A DNA stretch of 63,918 nucleotides, filler included, from Octopus bimaculoides (lineage: Eukaryota): the NCBI RefSeq assembly GCF_001194135.2. It is 5 parts of 5 records of this genome, joined end to end, with 100 filler letters (N's around TTAATTAATTAA, not from the genome) between each part and the next. Parts side by side here need not be neighbours in the genome. Positions count along the whole stretch, not along the records: positions 15,647 to 36,973 come from NC_068996.1; 4 more parts are not named here. One strand, written 5' to 3'. Below the pieces are notes generated by a model, which was given only the letters and a program-made list of their open reading frames with translations, did no database searches and was not told where the DNA came from. This document shows positions 23,431 through 34,767 of this stretch, piece after piece; positions within the stretch are counted from its first letter, which is position 1, and every line of letters starts with the position of its first letter. A program made the position numbers and the translations under genes.

Positions 23431-24249
23431 GACGTAGGTATGCACATACCTGTACGTATATATGCATATACTCATTTATTATTTGTTTTATATATATATA
23501 TATATATCTGACTGACTGTCTTTTTTTCTTTCTGTCTTTCTTTCTTTTTTTCTTTCTTTCATTCTTTCATTCTTTTGGTCGAATTTATAACGCATAGAAC
23601 CAAAATCTTACATGCTTAGAACGAAAAGTGACTTCGGATTAAGTACAAATGCCAGAAACCGATGGGTTTTATCATGGCTTGAGCCATCTGAACGTAAGTG
23701 TGCCTCCTTTGAAAAAGGCTTCACAGTAAACAGTCACAGACTGTTAAACATATATGTGGAAAATCCTGCTTTCGATAAAGGGGGGATGTTGGCCTTCTTG
23801 CCTAGCCACTGGAGTGGCGTCATTTGAAGATTAAAACTACAAATGCGCATTGTGACCAGCGATGTGTACCAACATCTGATAGGCTGGTCAGTAACGTGGT
23901 CACGTGGATATGTTTGTATATGCAAGTATATGTATGATTGCATGTATTCATATATGATACATACCAACATATATATATATGTAAGTGAAGACACACCTAG
24001 GAATTTTAAAATATGATAACATACCTTTTGTTTTAATTGTTTTGTTTACTCTCACCCAAAGACATTTCTGCTTGCGCTTCAATGCCATAAAAAGAAAACA
24101 ATCTGTCTTTTATTATTCGTTACTTGATTTTGCAATATTGTACAGTAAATAACTTTGTGCGATGTGGCAATTTATGTTCAGTCTGTTTGCAGGTTACACA
24201 TGGACGTATATCGCACAGTATTTAAGCAGTCAAGAAGCATGAATGTGCC

Positions 24250-24470
24250 GACATTCAGATGTCAGTGTATGACGTGAACATAGTACGTCAAACAGCAGTC
24301 GTCTCCAATAGTTTGATTTTGAGCATAGTCGCCTGCATCTTTCCAGGTGATATGAAGTTGCATCAAGTCTTTTCTGAAGATGGTACGGCATGTCTTCGTA
24401 GGTTTTCCTCGCTTATTTCGTTCTTATGTTGGTACCCAATGTATAGGATACTGAGAAACAATGTAGCTCG
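24250..24470 (-). mobile_element. Old RTE LINE C-terminal fragment
   Basis: Minus strand GKPTKTCRTIFRKDLMQLHITWKDAGDYAQNQTI followed by frameshifted WRRLL, matching the RTE GRP..TW....DL....W......DR..WR motif. Confidence 0.6.
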
Positions 24471-26002
24471 TCGATAACACATAAATTAATCCGTCCAAAC
24501 TGAATGAAAGCAAACAAAATTGACTACCATATACTGACTATGGAGCCTGAAGTTAATTCTAAATTGAACGGTTTTGTTCTGTGAATTAGCTGTACTGAAT
24601 TAGAGAATCTTCGGTTTATAAATCAACGCAAGTTGCATCCCCTTAAATGCATTCTTTTGTTTGGTCTCATGTAAGTAATAATTACTGGTCATTATTTTTA
24701 TAAATAATGATGGCACCATAAGGATGGTCACTAGTAAATGGTGCTGCCATGGCTTAAAATTTTTAGTTCTATATATTTCAAGATAACTCTGAGATGCGGA
24801 TTTTGTTATCCATATGATACGTCCGACTATGGAATTTCTAAGTTAATATTCGAAATTGTTTGGCCATAATATACTCGCAATTTTATGCATTAATTAATCG
24901 TTTTCCTTCATATTAAATTAGAACGTATGTGTACATTATTAGACCATGCCCTCACTCCAGATAACAATCCCAATTACAAATAGAAATGGTGTTAAGGTTT
25001 TAAATAATCGATATTTGTGTCACAATATATAATAAACGCTTTCTTGCTTATAGGCATATTTACTTGCAGTGCCTATGTATTTCACTTCCTTTCTCAGTAC
25101 TTAGCTGATATATTTTTGCTGTTTATTGTTTAGCAGGTGCTCTTGGAGGCTCTCTGTGCTGAGATCAAGTTTGTTTACTCCTCTTTTCTTCTGAAATTGC
25201 GTCTGTCGATATTGTCATTTCGGCAGGATTTTCAGGCTCTTGAGGTTCTAGTAGTCCACAATATCAAATGTTATTATTAGAACGGGTACTGAAAATACGT
25301 TGTTGTCTATACAGCCTTGTTGTACCGAAATGTCTGAGCGCTGTCTTTTTAGGCCTGCAATAACATCATCTGATTAGTCTATTCTTGTTCAAGGTTTATG
25401 AACTCATCGATAAAAACCCACTGTCACATATAGAAAAATTTTACAATTAAAAGTACAATAAATGAGCAAAATATAATACAAAGTAAATATCATAAGATCA
25501 AGATAATAAAATGACTACACGTGTTTCATAACAAATTTTCAAATAGAAAGAAATTTAAATCGATTAAAATTACCTGTAATTTTGGATTTTATCCCTAATA
25601 TTATTATTATTATTATCATTATATATATATANNNNNNNNNNNNNNNNNNNNNNNNNNNNNNNNNNNNNNNNNNNNNNNNNNNNNNNNNNNNNNNNNNNNN
25701 NNNNNNNNNNNNNNNNNNNNNNNNNNNNNNNNNNNNNNNNNNNNNNNNNNNNNNNNNNNNNNNNNNNNNNNNNNNNNNNNNNNNNNNNNNNNNNNNNNNN
25801 NNNNNNNNNNNNNNNNNNNNNNNNNNNNNNNNNNNNNNNNNNNNNNNNNNNNNNNNNTATATATATATATATATCTGTGTGTGTGTGTGTTTGTGTGTGT
25901 GTATAATATATATATATATTTCTGTATGAGTTCGAGGTTGAGAAACCAACTAAGGGATAGTAGTATCCAATATACTGCTGGTATTGTACTCCAATTATTC
26001 AT

Positions 26003-26800
26003 AGCTAACTGTTATCTGGCGAGGAAAGAAAACGTACCAGGAAAGACAATTCAAATTATTTTCAAAATTGGTGATAAGGTGTACACGAGGTCGTAAAAAA
26101 CGTAAAGCAATACTGGGCAGAAGGAAAAATTACAAAGAACATAGGAAAATGATGTATGGAATGAAAAGTACAAAATGTATTGAAAAAGAGACAGAGAAAC
26201 CAATTGTAGAAGAGATTCGTAGAAAATGAACCAGACAAATTGGAAGAACCTATGGAATGGCTGTATGACACATTCCAAGTGCAGGTAGTCGAACCCACGC
26301 GTACAAGTGGAAAAAAAAGGAAGAACACAGGCTTCGTAAAACAGACGCCAAAAAGAAAAAAAGTAGCAAGTTGGAAAACATGTTAAAGAGGGAGGAGGGG
26401 TGAATAAAGGAAAATAAATGTACTTGCTTCCCAAAAGAGAAAAAAACAAAACTAAAGGGGATGGGTGATATAGTGAAATGGTACACCTCTTCCCACGTGA
26501 CAAAGTGGTACGATACAGCTACTATAAAGTCAGACAGTCAGTTGTTGTAAAAAAGGTTTGTAGTAGTAGAGTCGTTGTACAAGTTCTCAGTTGGAGTCAG
26601 TGTCAGTAACATGATATATACGAGTTCGAGTTACCGTCAAGGTAAACGTTTCAAAGTCATTGTCTGGCAGAGCTATCAGTGATAGCATGATAGACGAGTC
26701 AAAGATAATAAGGTGCGGAATACTGTCACAACATAATAGTGGGGACAAGAATATTACAGTGCTGACAATAACATACAAGTGGACTAGGATCCCCATTATA
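26003..26800 (+). mobile_element. Gypsy LTR retrotransposon 3' end: integrase C-terminus, PPT and probable 3' LTR
   Basis: KIGDKVYTRS..(YW)AEGKITK in broken frames. Polypurine tract AAAGAGGGAGGAGGGG at 26385-26400 is directly followed by TG at 26401. It shares AACTGTTATCTGGCGAGGAAAGAAAACGTACCAGGAAAG with the integrase at 30.7 kb. The right LTR boundary is uncertain. Confidence 0.75.
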
Positions 26801-26919
26801 ACGAAAACGTTCAGGAACGAGCCCCTGCAGGACCACAGTCTAATTATTGAAGTAAATAGAAGAATATTATAGATGCCTGCATACATACATTAATATTTAT
26901 TAAAATACGTGAACGTAAA

Positions 26920-26985
<66 letters not shown>

Positions 26986-27062
26986 TATAAAACAAATAAT
27001 AAATGAGTATATGCTTATATACGTACAGGTATGTGCATACCTACGTCTACCTGTATATATAG

Positions 27063-27210
27063 GTGCATATCTGGGTACAGGATACTACAAACAAAACGAA
27101 GACAAGAAAATAATAATAACCAAAGTACAGAAAACACACAAGCCACATAGAGAACATTTTCCTTCATCAGCTACACCCCATTTTAACACTGGCGTTTCGA
27201 AGAGTTGGGC
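27063..27210 (-). mobile_element. Second copy of the 23.3-kb repeat
   Basis: Reverse-complement match to 23320-23430. Confidence 0.6.
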
Positions 27211-27972
27211 ATATATATATATGGGCATATATATATATATGTGTGTGAGTGTGTGTGAGAGAGAGAGAGAGAGAGAGTAATTTTTAATTGTTTTCTTTTT
27301 ATATTTTTAATATGAGTTTGGTTTCAATTGCAGATAAAAACTACTAATATATGTGTAACAGCTGAAGTTATTTAATTGAAAAAGAGACAAAAAAATAAAA
27401 TCTATTTAGTATTTTAATGTGTCGGACAGACAAATGCTTTCGGGTAATTCTATATCATTGTACACATATTTATGCAAAACTAATTGTTTTCTTTCATATA
27501 CATTCAGTGATTCTAATTATATATAAAATAACTTCATATATAGTTCAACAGAAAGCAGCAGCGTTTAGCTGAATTTTTTTTTTTTTCAAAGCCTAATACG
27601 AGCTATACTAAAAAAAGAATTGTACCTCAATATGGTGATGGAAAATAGTAATATAAATTATCTTTATTGTATTTAATTATATAATCAACATCGTGATCGA
27701 TCTCTTGGCATCTCAATAACAAAATGTATAAAGTTTCTGTTCTATTAAATGTGATGCAAGCTCTAGTTATTACCCAAGCTGATACACATTCCCTTCAATC
27801 ACTACCTAGACGTTTGTTGTCGATAGTCTATATATTCCACGTGGTACTTTGTTCCATAAACAACAAACCACCATAAGTTAAAATGTTGCAGAACTTCAGT
27901 GAAATAATTTAAGTGCGGCAATGATACACCCTACTTTTATACACATACATCACAAGTAAACACACACACACA

Positions 27973-28004
<32 letters not shown>

Positions 28005-28772
28005 NNNNNNNNNNNNNNNNNNNNNNNNNNNNNNNNNNNNNNNNNNNNNNNNNNNNNNNNNNNNNNNNNNNNNNNNNNNNNNNNNNNNNNNNNNNNNNNN
28101 NNNNNNNNNNNNNNNNNNNNNNNNNNNNNNNNNNNNNNNNNNNNNNNNNNNNNNNNNNNNNNNNNNNNNNNNNNNNNNNNNNNNNNNNNNNNNNNNNNNN
28201 NNNNNNNNNNNNNNNNNNNNNNNNNNNNNNNNNNNNNNNNNNNNNNNNNNNNNNNNNNNNNNNNNNNNNNNNNNNNNNNNNNNNNNNNNNNNNNNNNNNN
28301 NNNNNNNNNNNNNNNNNNNNNNNNNNNNNNNNNNNNNNNNNNNNNNNNNNNNNNNNNNNNNNNNNNNNNNNNNNNNNNNNNNNNNNNNNNNNNNNNNNNN
28401 NNNNNNNNNNNNNNNNNNNNNNNNNNNNNNNNNNNNNNNNNNNNNNNNNNNNNNNNNNNNNNNNNNNNNNNNNNNNNNNNNNNNNNNNNNNNNNNNNNNN
28501 NNNNNNNNNNNNNNNNNNNNNNNNNNNNNNNNNNNNNNNNNNNNNNNNNNNNNNNNNNNNNNNNNNNNNNNNNNNNNNNNNNNNNNNNNNNNNNNNNNNN
28601 NNNNNNNNNNNNNNNNNNNNNNNNNNNNNNNNNNNNNNNNNNNNNNNNNNNNNNNNNNNNNNNNNNNNNNNNNNNNNNNNNNNNNNNNNNNNNNNNNNNN
28701 NNNNNNNNNNNNNNNNNNNNNNNNNNNNNNNNNNNNNNNNNNNNNNNNNNNNNNNNNNNNNNAATAAACACT

Positions 28773-28852
28773 CACAACGCCCGGTCTGGGAATCGAAACC
28801 GCGATCCTATGACCGCGAGTCTGCTGCCCTAACCACTGGGCCATTGCGCCTC

Positions 28853-28855
<3 letters not shown>
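28773..28855 (-). mobile_element. tRNA-derived SINE head, family C
   Basis: GGCGCAATGGCCCAGTGGTTAGGGCAGCAGACTCGCGGTCATAGGATCGCGGTTTCGATTCCCAGACCGGG has Pol III A and B boxes but no acceptor-stem closure. Confidence 0.85.
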
Positions 28856-28885
<30 letters not shown>

Positions 28886-28886
28886 G

Positions 28887-28924
<38 letters not shown>

Positions 28925-28944
28925 TGTATATATGTTTGTGTATA

Positions 28945-29690
28945 TATGTATATCCTGAAACTCCCATACTCCCTTGCTTCAGGTGAAACTCTTATGGCAT
29001 CCAACAACATAAGAGACTTGGGAGTAATTGTGGACAACAACATAAGCTGGGCCGCTCATATAAACAGCTAAGTTGAGATGCCCAGCAGAATGTGATCCTG
29101 GATTCTTATAAATTTCCAATCGAGAGATATCCGCACTATTATCCTTCTCTTCTCCACTTTTGCCCGACCCCACCTTGAATACTGCTGTCCATTGTTGTTT
29201 CCCCTCAAAGGTCAATTACAAAAAAGCCCAAACTTTATTCTCTCCAAGGCTGCCGTGAGCTTTACATCATATGCATGGTGTGGAAAATGTTCCATCAGCA
29301 TTGCCCTAATGATGTTGGCATCGCTTTTAAGATACACCCAACACTTTTGCCCCGTGCTTTCCGTCATACTCACATTACATATCAACAATATGGCACAATT
29401 AATTCACCTCAATTGACCCTGCTCTCTTTAACGTTATATCAAAGCACATTAAATCAAAGCACATTAAATCAAAGACAGACCCCACAAACGTCAAGCAGTC
29501 TTTGGACAAATTCCTTAAAAAAATTCCGAACAAACTTCCTACACACGGATATGTCTCCGTAAACAATAACTCTCTACTTGAATGGGCCACGTTGTCCGAT
29601 CCTTGATTTAAATGACTTTACCAAGTGATGCTATTAAGTTAGAATTGGGCTGGGTCAATACTGGCCGAAACCTATCAAAGTATCAAAGTA
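28945..29690 (+). mobile_element. CR1-type LINE 3' fragment
   Basis: IRDLGVIVDNNISWAAHINS, RPHLEYCCPL and MFHQHCPNDVGIAFKIHP. It ends with a hairpin, GAAAC and (TATCAAAG)2. Confidence 0.85.
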
Positions 29691-30204
29691 TATATATACA
29701 TATGTATATATATATATATATATATNNNNNNNNNNNNNNNNNNNNNNNNNNNNNNNNNNNNNNNNNNNNNNNNNNNNNNNNNNNNNNNNNNNNNNNNNNN
29801 NNNNNNNNNNNNNNNNNNNNNNNNNNNNNNNNNNNNNNNNNNNNNNNNNNNNNNNNNNNNNNNNNNNNNNNNNNNNNNNNNNNNNNNNNNNNNNNNNNNN
29901 NNNNNNNNNNNNNNNNNNNNNNNNNNNNNNNNNNNNNNNNNNNNNNNNNNNNNNNNNNNNNNNNNNNNNNNNNNNNNNNNNNNNNNNNNNNNNNNNNNNN
30001 NNNNNNNNNNNNNNNNNNNNNNNNNNNNNNNNNNNNNNNNNNNNNNNNNNNNNNNNNNNNNNNNNNNNNNNNNNNNNNNNNNNATATACATATAAAGATA
30101 AACAAGGGTGAAAAAACTACAGAATGCTTGCCTTACTTGGTTAAAGTATATATTTAAATCGTTATGTTACAAAAATGTTATAAAATTTTGAGTATAGAAA
30201 CATT

Positions 30205-30750
30205 GTATTTCTCCAACTACAAAAGCTGCAGAGAATGTGCTCTGGCAGCGAAAATGCCTAGGCAAAAATAGGAGCTTTGGCCAGAAGTAAAAAATCCGTG
30301 GACAAGACTAGACATCGATTTTGCGGGCCCGCTAAATGGTTATTAGTATTTAGTAGTAGTTGACGGTTTTACAAAATGGCTGGAAATTGTTAAGTGCAAA
30401 AGACCAACTGCCTGAATTGTAATAAATTTTTGCATTAATCATTCGCAAGATTTGGCATCCCAGACGTGATTGTATCTGATAATGGAACACAATTTGAGTC
30501 CAGTGAATTTAGAAAATTTTGCGAAATGTCCACGGTAGAACATAAAACGATACCGCCTTACCATCCCAGATCAAATGGACTGGCAGAGCGTTTTGTGGAC
30601 ATTTTATAAAGAGCTTTGAGAAAAGTAAAGAAGGAAGTCACGGACGAAGTCGCTCTGCAGAAATTCCTTAGGGTATACAGGCGAGGAAGGTGAAATCAGT
30701 TTTTGATAAACTGTTATCTGGCGAGGAAAGAAAACGTACCAGGAAAGGCA
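30205..30750 (+). pseudogene. Gypsy integrase (rve) core, with stops
   Basis: Manual translation: CRECALAAK..PWTRLDIDFAGPLNG..LVVVDGFTKWLE..ARFGIPDVIVSDNGTQFESSEFRKFC..PPYHPRSNGLAERFV (D,D35E). Confidence 0.92.
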
Positions 30751-31142
30751 GTTTGTGAAATACCATACCACGGTTGACTTCTTCAAAGGCTTTTACATAT
30801 ATATATATATATATATATANNNNNNNNNNNNNNNNNNNNNNNNNNNNNNNNNNNNNNNNNNNNNNNNNNNNNNNNNNNNNNNNNNNNNNNNNNNNNNNNN
30901 NNNNNNNNNNNNNNNNNNNNNNNNNNNNNNNNNNNNNNNNNNNNNNNNNNNNNNNNNNNNNNNNNNNNNNNNNNNNNNNNNNNNNNNNNNNNNNNNNNNN
31001 NNNNNNNNNNNNNNNNNNNNNNNNNNNNNNNNNNNNNNNNNNNNNNNNNNNNNNNNNNNNNNNNNNNNNNNNNNNNNNNNNNNNNNNNNNNNNNNNNNNN
31101 NNNNNNNNNNNNNNNNNNNNNNNNNNNNNNNNNNNNNNNNNN

Positions 31143-31193
<51 letters not shown>

Positions 31194-31410
31194 ATATATT
31201 TCTTTTTTCATTCGTACAATATTGTATATTTAATAATACTTGTTAATATAATTTCTTCCAAAATCGATAATTAACATAACCTAGTAAAGTATTTTGAGTA
31301 GATTATGAAGATTTCCATGAGAACTGAAACCCAATATAGTTCTCGTGTTGAAACAGGTTGTCCTAAAAGATTATTTGTGTTATAATGTTCTCTGTGGATT
31401 GTGCATTATA

Positions 31411-32710
31411 CAAAGGTTGACTGCAAAGTTTATGAGCTGAGTATGTGAAGAATGACGCTAGAGTTTTGAAATCCTACATACATTACTTTCAGCTCTTTTT
31501 CTAAATTGTTTCTTTCCACATAAACTGGTATCTGTCTGTTCAAAGTACACTTCAAAAGTAAGTAGCACTGTCCTCTCTTGAAAATGGACACCATGGTGTT
31601 AAGAAGTACCTGCAGAAAACAGTTTAGCTCCCAAGGTCACTTATGCTGACGTGGTTGTTACATTAAGTGTGGATGCACCAGCTTTATGAACACTTCAAAA
31701 GTGAGCAGCTAAATTTAGGAGATGAAAGAGCCCCGAATATGACACGTGATCTGGTCGCCCTGCAATTACCACCACTAAGGAAAACGTTGATCTATCATTC
31801 CATATGGTGATGACAAACAATTGACTATAAATCAAATAGCTAATGCTTTTAGCATATCACGTGAGAGATTAAGAATATTGTGCACAATGAACTTGGCATG
31901 GTGAAGGTTTCTGCTCGGTGTGTACCACGTCTTCTGACACCAGATCAAAAGCGCACCAAGCCGATCACATCACAGATAAATCGGATATAATATACTGGGA
32001 TATAAATCTTATATAATATACTGATCTAATATACTGGGATCAGTCGATTAGATCGATCCAAATACGGAACTGGTACTTAAGTTATCGACCCCGAAAGGAT
32101 GAAAGAGAAAGTCGACATGGGCGGAATTTGAACTCAGAACGTAAAGACAGACGAAATACCGCTAAGCATTTCGCCCAGCGTGCTAACGTTTCTGCTAGCA
32201 CGCCGCCTTAAGATAAATCTGGTATTGTTTGAGTTAGATTCATCTGGTTTCTTTGAATGGTTCCTAACCCAGGATGAGTGTTAGGTTCATCACTTTGCTC
32301 CAGAGGCAAAGAGACAATCTATGAAATGAATACACAATTATCACAGGCTCCAAAGAAGTCCAAGGCTGCTTCATCTGCAGCGAAAATGATAGCCTCAGTG
32401 AGTGTGACTTTGAATTGGTTGACTATCTTCCTTATTCTCCTTATTTCGCCTCATATGACTGTAAACTGTTCCCAAACACGAAACAACACTTGACGGGGAA
32501 CCAGTATCGCCGTTGTGATGATGTCATATCTTCTGTTGATTATTATTTTAACCAACACGATGAAAGATTCTTCACCATTTCAATCCAAGTAACGCAACAC
32601 CGATGGAACAACTATGCAGTTTGCAAGGGGGAATATAGGGAAAAACAAACATCTAGTCACATTCCATGAGAATACCTTGTTTAGCCTATGAATTTTTCAA
32701 CCGACTCTCG
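31411..32710 (+). mobile_element. Decayed mariner transposon with both TIRs, an internal deletion and a nested SINE
   Basis: TA|CAAAGGTTGACTGCAAAGTTTATGAG at 31409 and CTATGAATTTTTCAACCGACTCTCG|TA at 32710 are degenerate TIRs with TA TSD. Transposase remnants: MVKVSARCVPRLLTPDQK, FLTQDEC*VHHFAPEAKRQSM and LPYSPYFASYD (YSPDLAPSD). Confidence 0.88.
31983..32210 (-). mobile_element. SINE family A inserted in the mariner, 9-bp TSD AGATAAATC
   Basis: TSD at 31974-31982 and 32211-32219. Head AAGGCGGCGTGCTAGCAGAAACGTTAGC...GAGTTCAAATTCCGCC. Confidence 0.9.
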
Positions 32711-32819
32711 TATTTGTTTGTTCAATGGAAAGCCACTTCCGTATTTTACATTTAATGTTCACTAATTATATATGTGTAAGTATATATATATATATATATA
32801 TATNNNNNNNNNNATGCGT

Positions 32820-33195
32820 GTGTGTGACATGAAATAACTTTTGCCACTTTTTATAGAGACAAAAGTGTTTATAAGACTGCAAAAAAGAAGTGCTCAAATG
32901 TAATTGAGACAGAGATAAACCAACATTGATCAGAGAACAAACATCAAATTCGAGTCAACGACTTTATATATAACACCACGCCTCCAAACATTTGTTCATA
33001 TATAAATATTACCATGACCATTAAACATATAAAGTATACATATATAAAAAAACACAAAAACTAAAAAATGTATATGCGATTAAAAATACAGATATATAGG
33101 TATCTCAACAGATTCCTATTCATCCTGATGAGGGGGTCATTGCCGTGATGCACTTTAACTCGTAATCGAATGAACTCCCGAAATGGTCATAAATG
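32820..33195 (+). mobile_element. Penelope-like 3' fragment ending in a decayed type I hammerhead-like motif
   Basis: Weak GIY-YIG C-terminus (LLPLFIETKVFIRLQK..IETEIN). CTGATGA at 33125-33131, stem II GGGGGTCATT/AATGAACTCCC, GAAA at 33180-33183, GTC at 33186-33188. Confidence 0.5.
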
Positions 33196-33196
33196 T

Positions 33197-34040
33197 ACAG
33201 GCATAGGAGTGACTGTGTGGTACGTAGCTTGCATACCAACCACATGGTTCCAGGTTCAGTCCCACTGCGTAGCACCTTGGGCAAGTGTTCTTTACTATAG
33301 CCTGGGGCTCACCAAAGCCTTGTGAGTGGATTTGGTAGTCGAAAATTGAAAGAAGCCCGTCGTATATATATATATATATATATNNNNNNNNNNNNNNNNN
33401 NNNNNNNNNNNNNNNNNNNNNNNNNNNNNNNNNNNNNNNNNNNNNNNNNNNNNNNNNNNNNNNNNNNNNNNNNNNNNNNNNNNNNNNNNNNNNNNNNNNN
33501 NNNNNNNNNNNNNNNNNNNNNNNNNNNNNNNNNNNNNNNNNNNNNNNNNNNNNNNNNNNNNNNNNNNNNNNNNNNNNNNNNNNNNNNNNNNNNNNNNNNN
33601 NNNNNNNNNNNNNNNNNNNNNNNNNNNNNNNNNNNNNNNNNNNNNNNNNNNNNNNNNNNNNNNNNNNNNNNNNNNNNNNNNNNNNNNNNNNNNNNNNNNN
33701 NNNNNNNNNNNNNNNNNNNNNNNNNNNNNNNNNNNNNNNNNNNNNNNNNNNNNNNNNNNNNNNNNNNNNNNNNNNNNNNNNNNNNNNNNNNNNNNNNNNN
33801 NNNNNNNTGTGTATGTGCGTGCGCGTGTATATGTTTGTGTGTCTGTGTTTGTCTACCCAATATCGCTTGACAACCGATGCTGGTGTGTTTATGTCCCTGT
33901 AACTTAGCGATTCGACAAAAGAGACCGATAGAATAAGTACTAGGCTTACAAAGAATAAGTCCGAGGATCGTTTTACTCGACTAAAGGTACTCCAGCATGG
34001 TCACAGTCAAATGACTGAAACAAGTAAAAGAGTAAAAGAG
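33197..34040 (+). mobile_element. SINE family B; two halves separated by a microsatellite-bounded gap
   Basis: Head GGTTCCAGGTTCAGTCCCACTGCGTAGCACCTTGGGCAAGTG...GAAAGAAGCCCGTCG(TA)n. Tail ..GACCGATAGAATAAGTAC...ATGACTGAAACAAGTAAAAGAGTAAAAGAG. Confidence 0.85.
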
Positions 34041-34478
34041 TGTATATATGTATATGTAAGTATACATACATATATATATATATATANNNNNNNNNNNNNN
34101 NNNNNNNNNNNNNNNNNNNNNNNNNNNNNNNNNNNNNNNNNNNNNNNNNNNNNNNNNNNNNNNNNNNNNNNNNNNNNNNNNNNNNNNNNNNNNNNNNNNN
34201 NNNNNNNNNNNNNNNNNNNNNNNNNNNNNNNNNNNNNNNNNNNNNNNNNNNNNNNNNNNNNNNNNNNNNNNNNNNNNNNNNNNNNNNNNNNNNNNNNNNN
34301 NNNNNNNNNNNNNNNNNNNNNNNNNNNNNNNNNNNNNNNNNNNNNNNNNNNNNNNNNNNNNNNNNNNNNNNNNNNNNNNNNNNNNNNNNNNNNNNNNNNN
34401 NNNNNNNNNNNNNNNNNNNNNNNNNNNNNNNNNNNNNNNNNNNNNNNNNNNNNNNNNNNNNNNNNNNNNNNNNNNNNN

Positions 34479-34531
<53 letters not shown>

Positions 34532-34767
34532 ACATACATGCATACGCACACATGCACACTCAGCTATCTAACAGTCAGTCTACCTCTCTTTCTCCCTCTC
34601 TATCCATCTATCTATCTATCTATCTGTCTGTCTATCTACCTGTCTGTCTGTCTGTCTGTATGTCTGTCTGTCTGTCTGTCTCTCTGTCTCTCTGTGTGGT
34701 TTGTCTCTATATTACATTCATATATAATCGCATGCATAAATACATACGCACACACACACACGCTAAC

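Noticed and set aside
28773-28855. tRNA gene candidate (also 47553, 48458, 53220)
   Set aside because: A and B boxes are present but there is no closing acceptor stem, and SINE body sequence follows.
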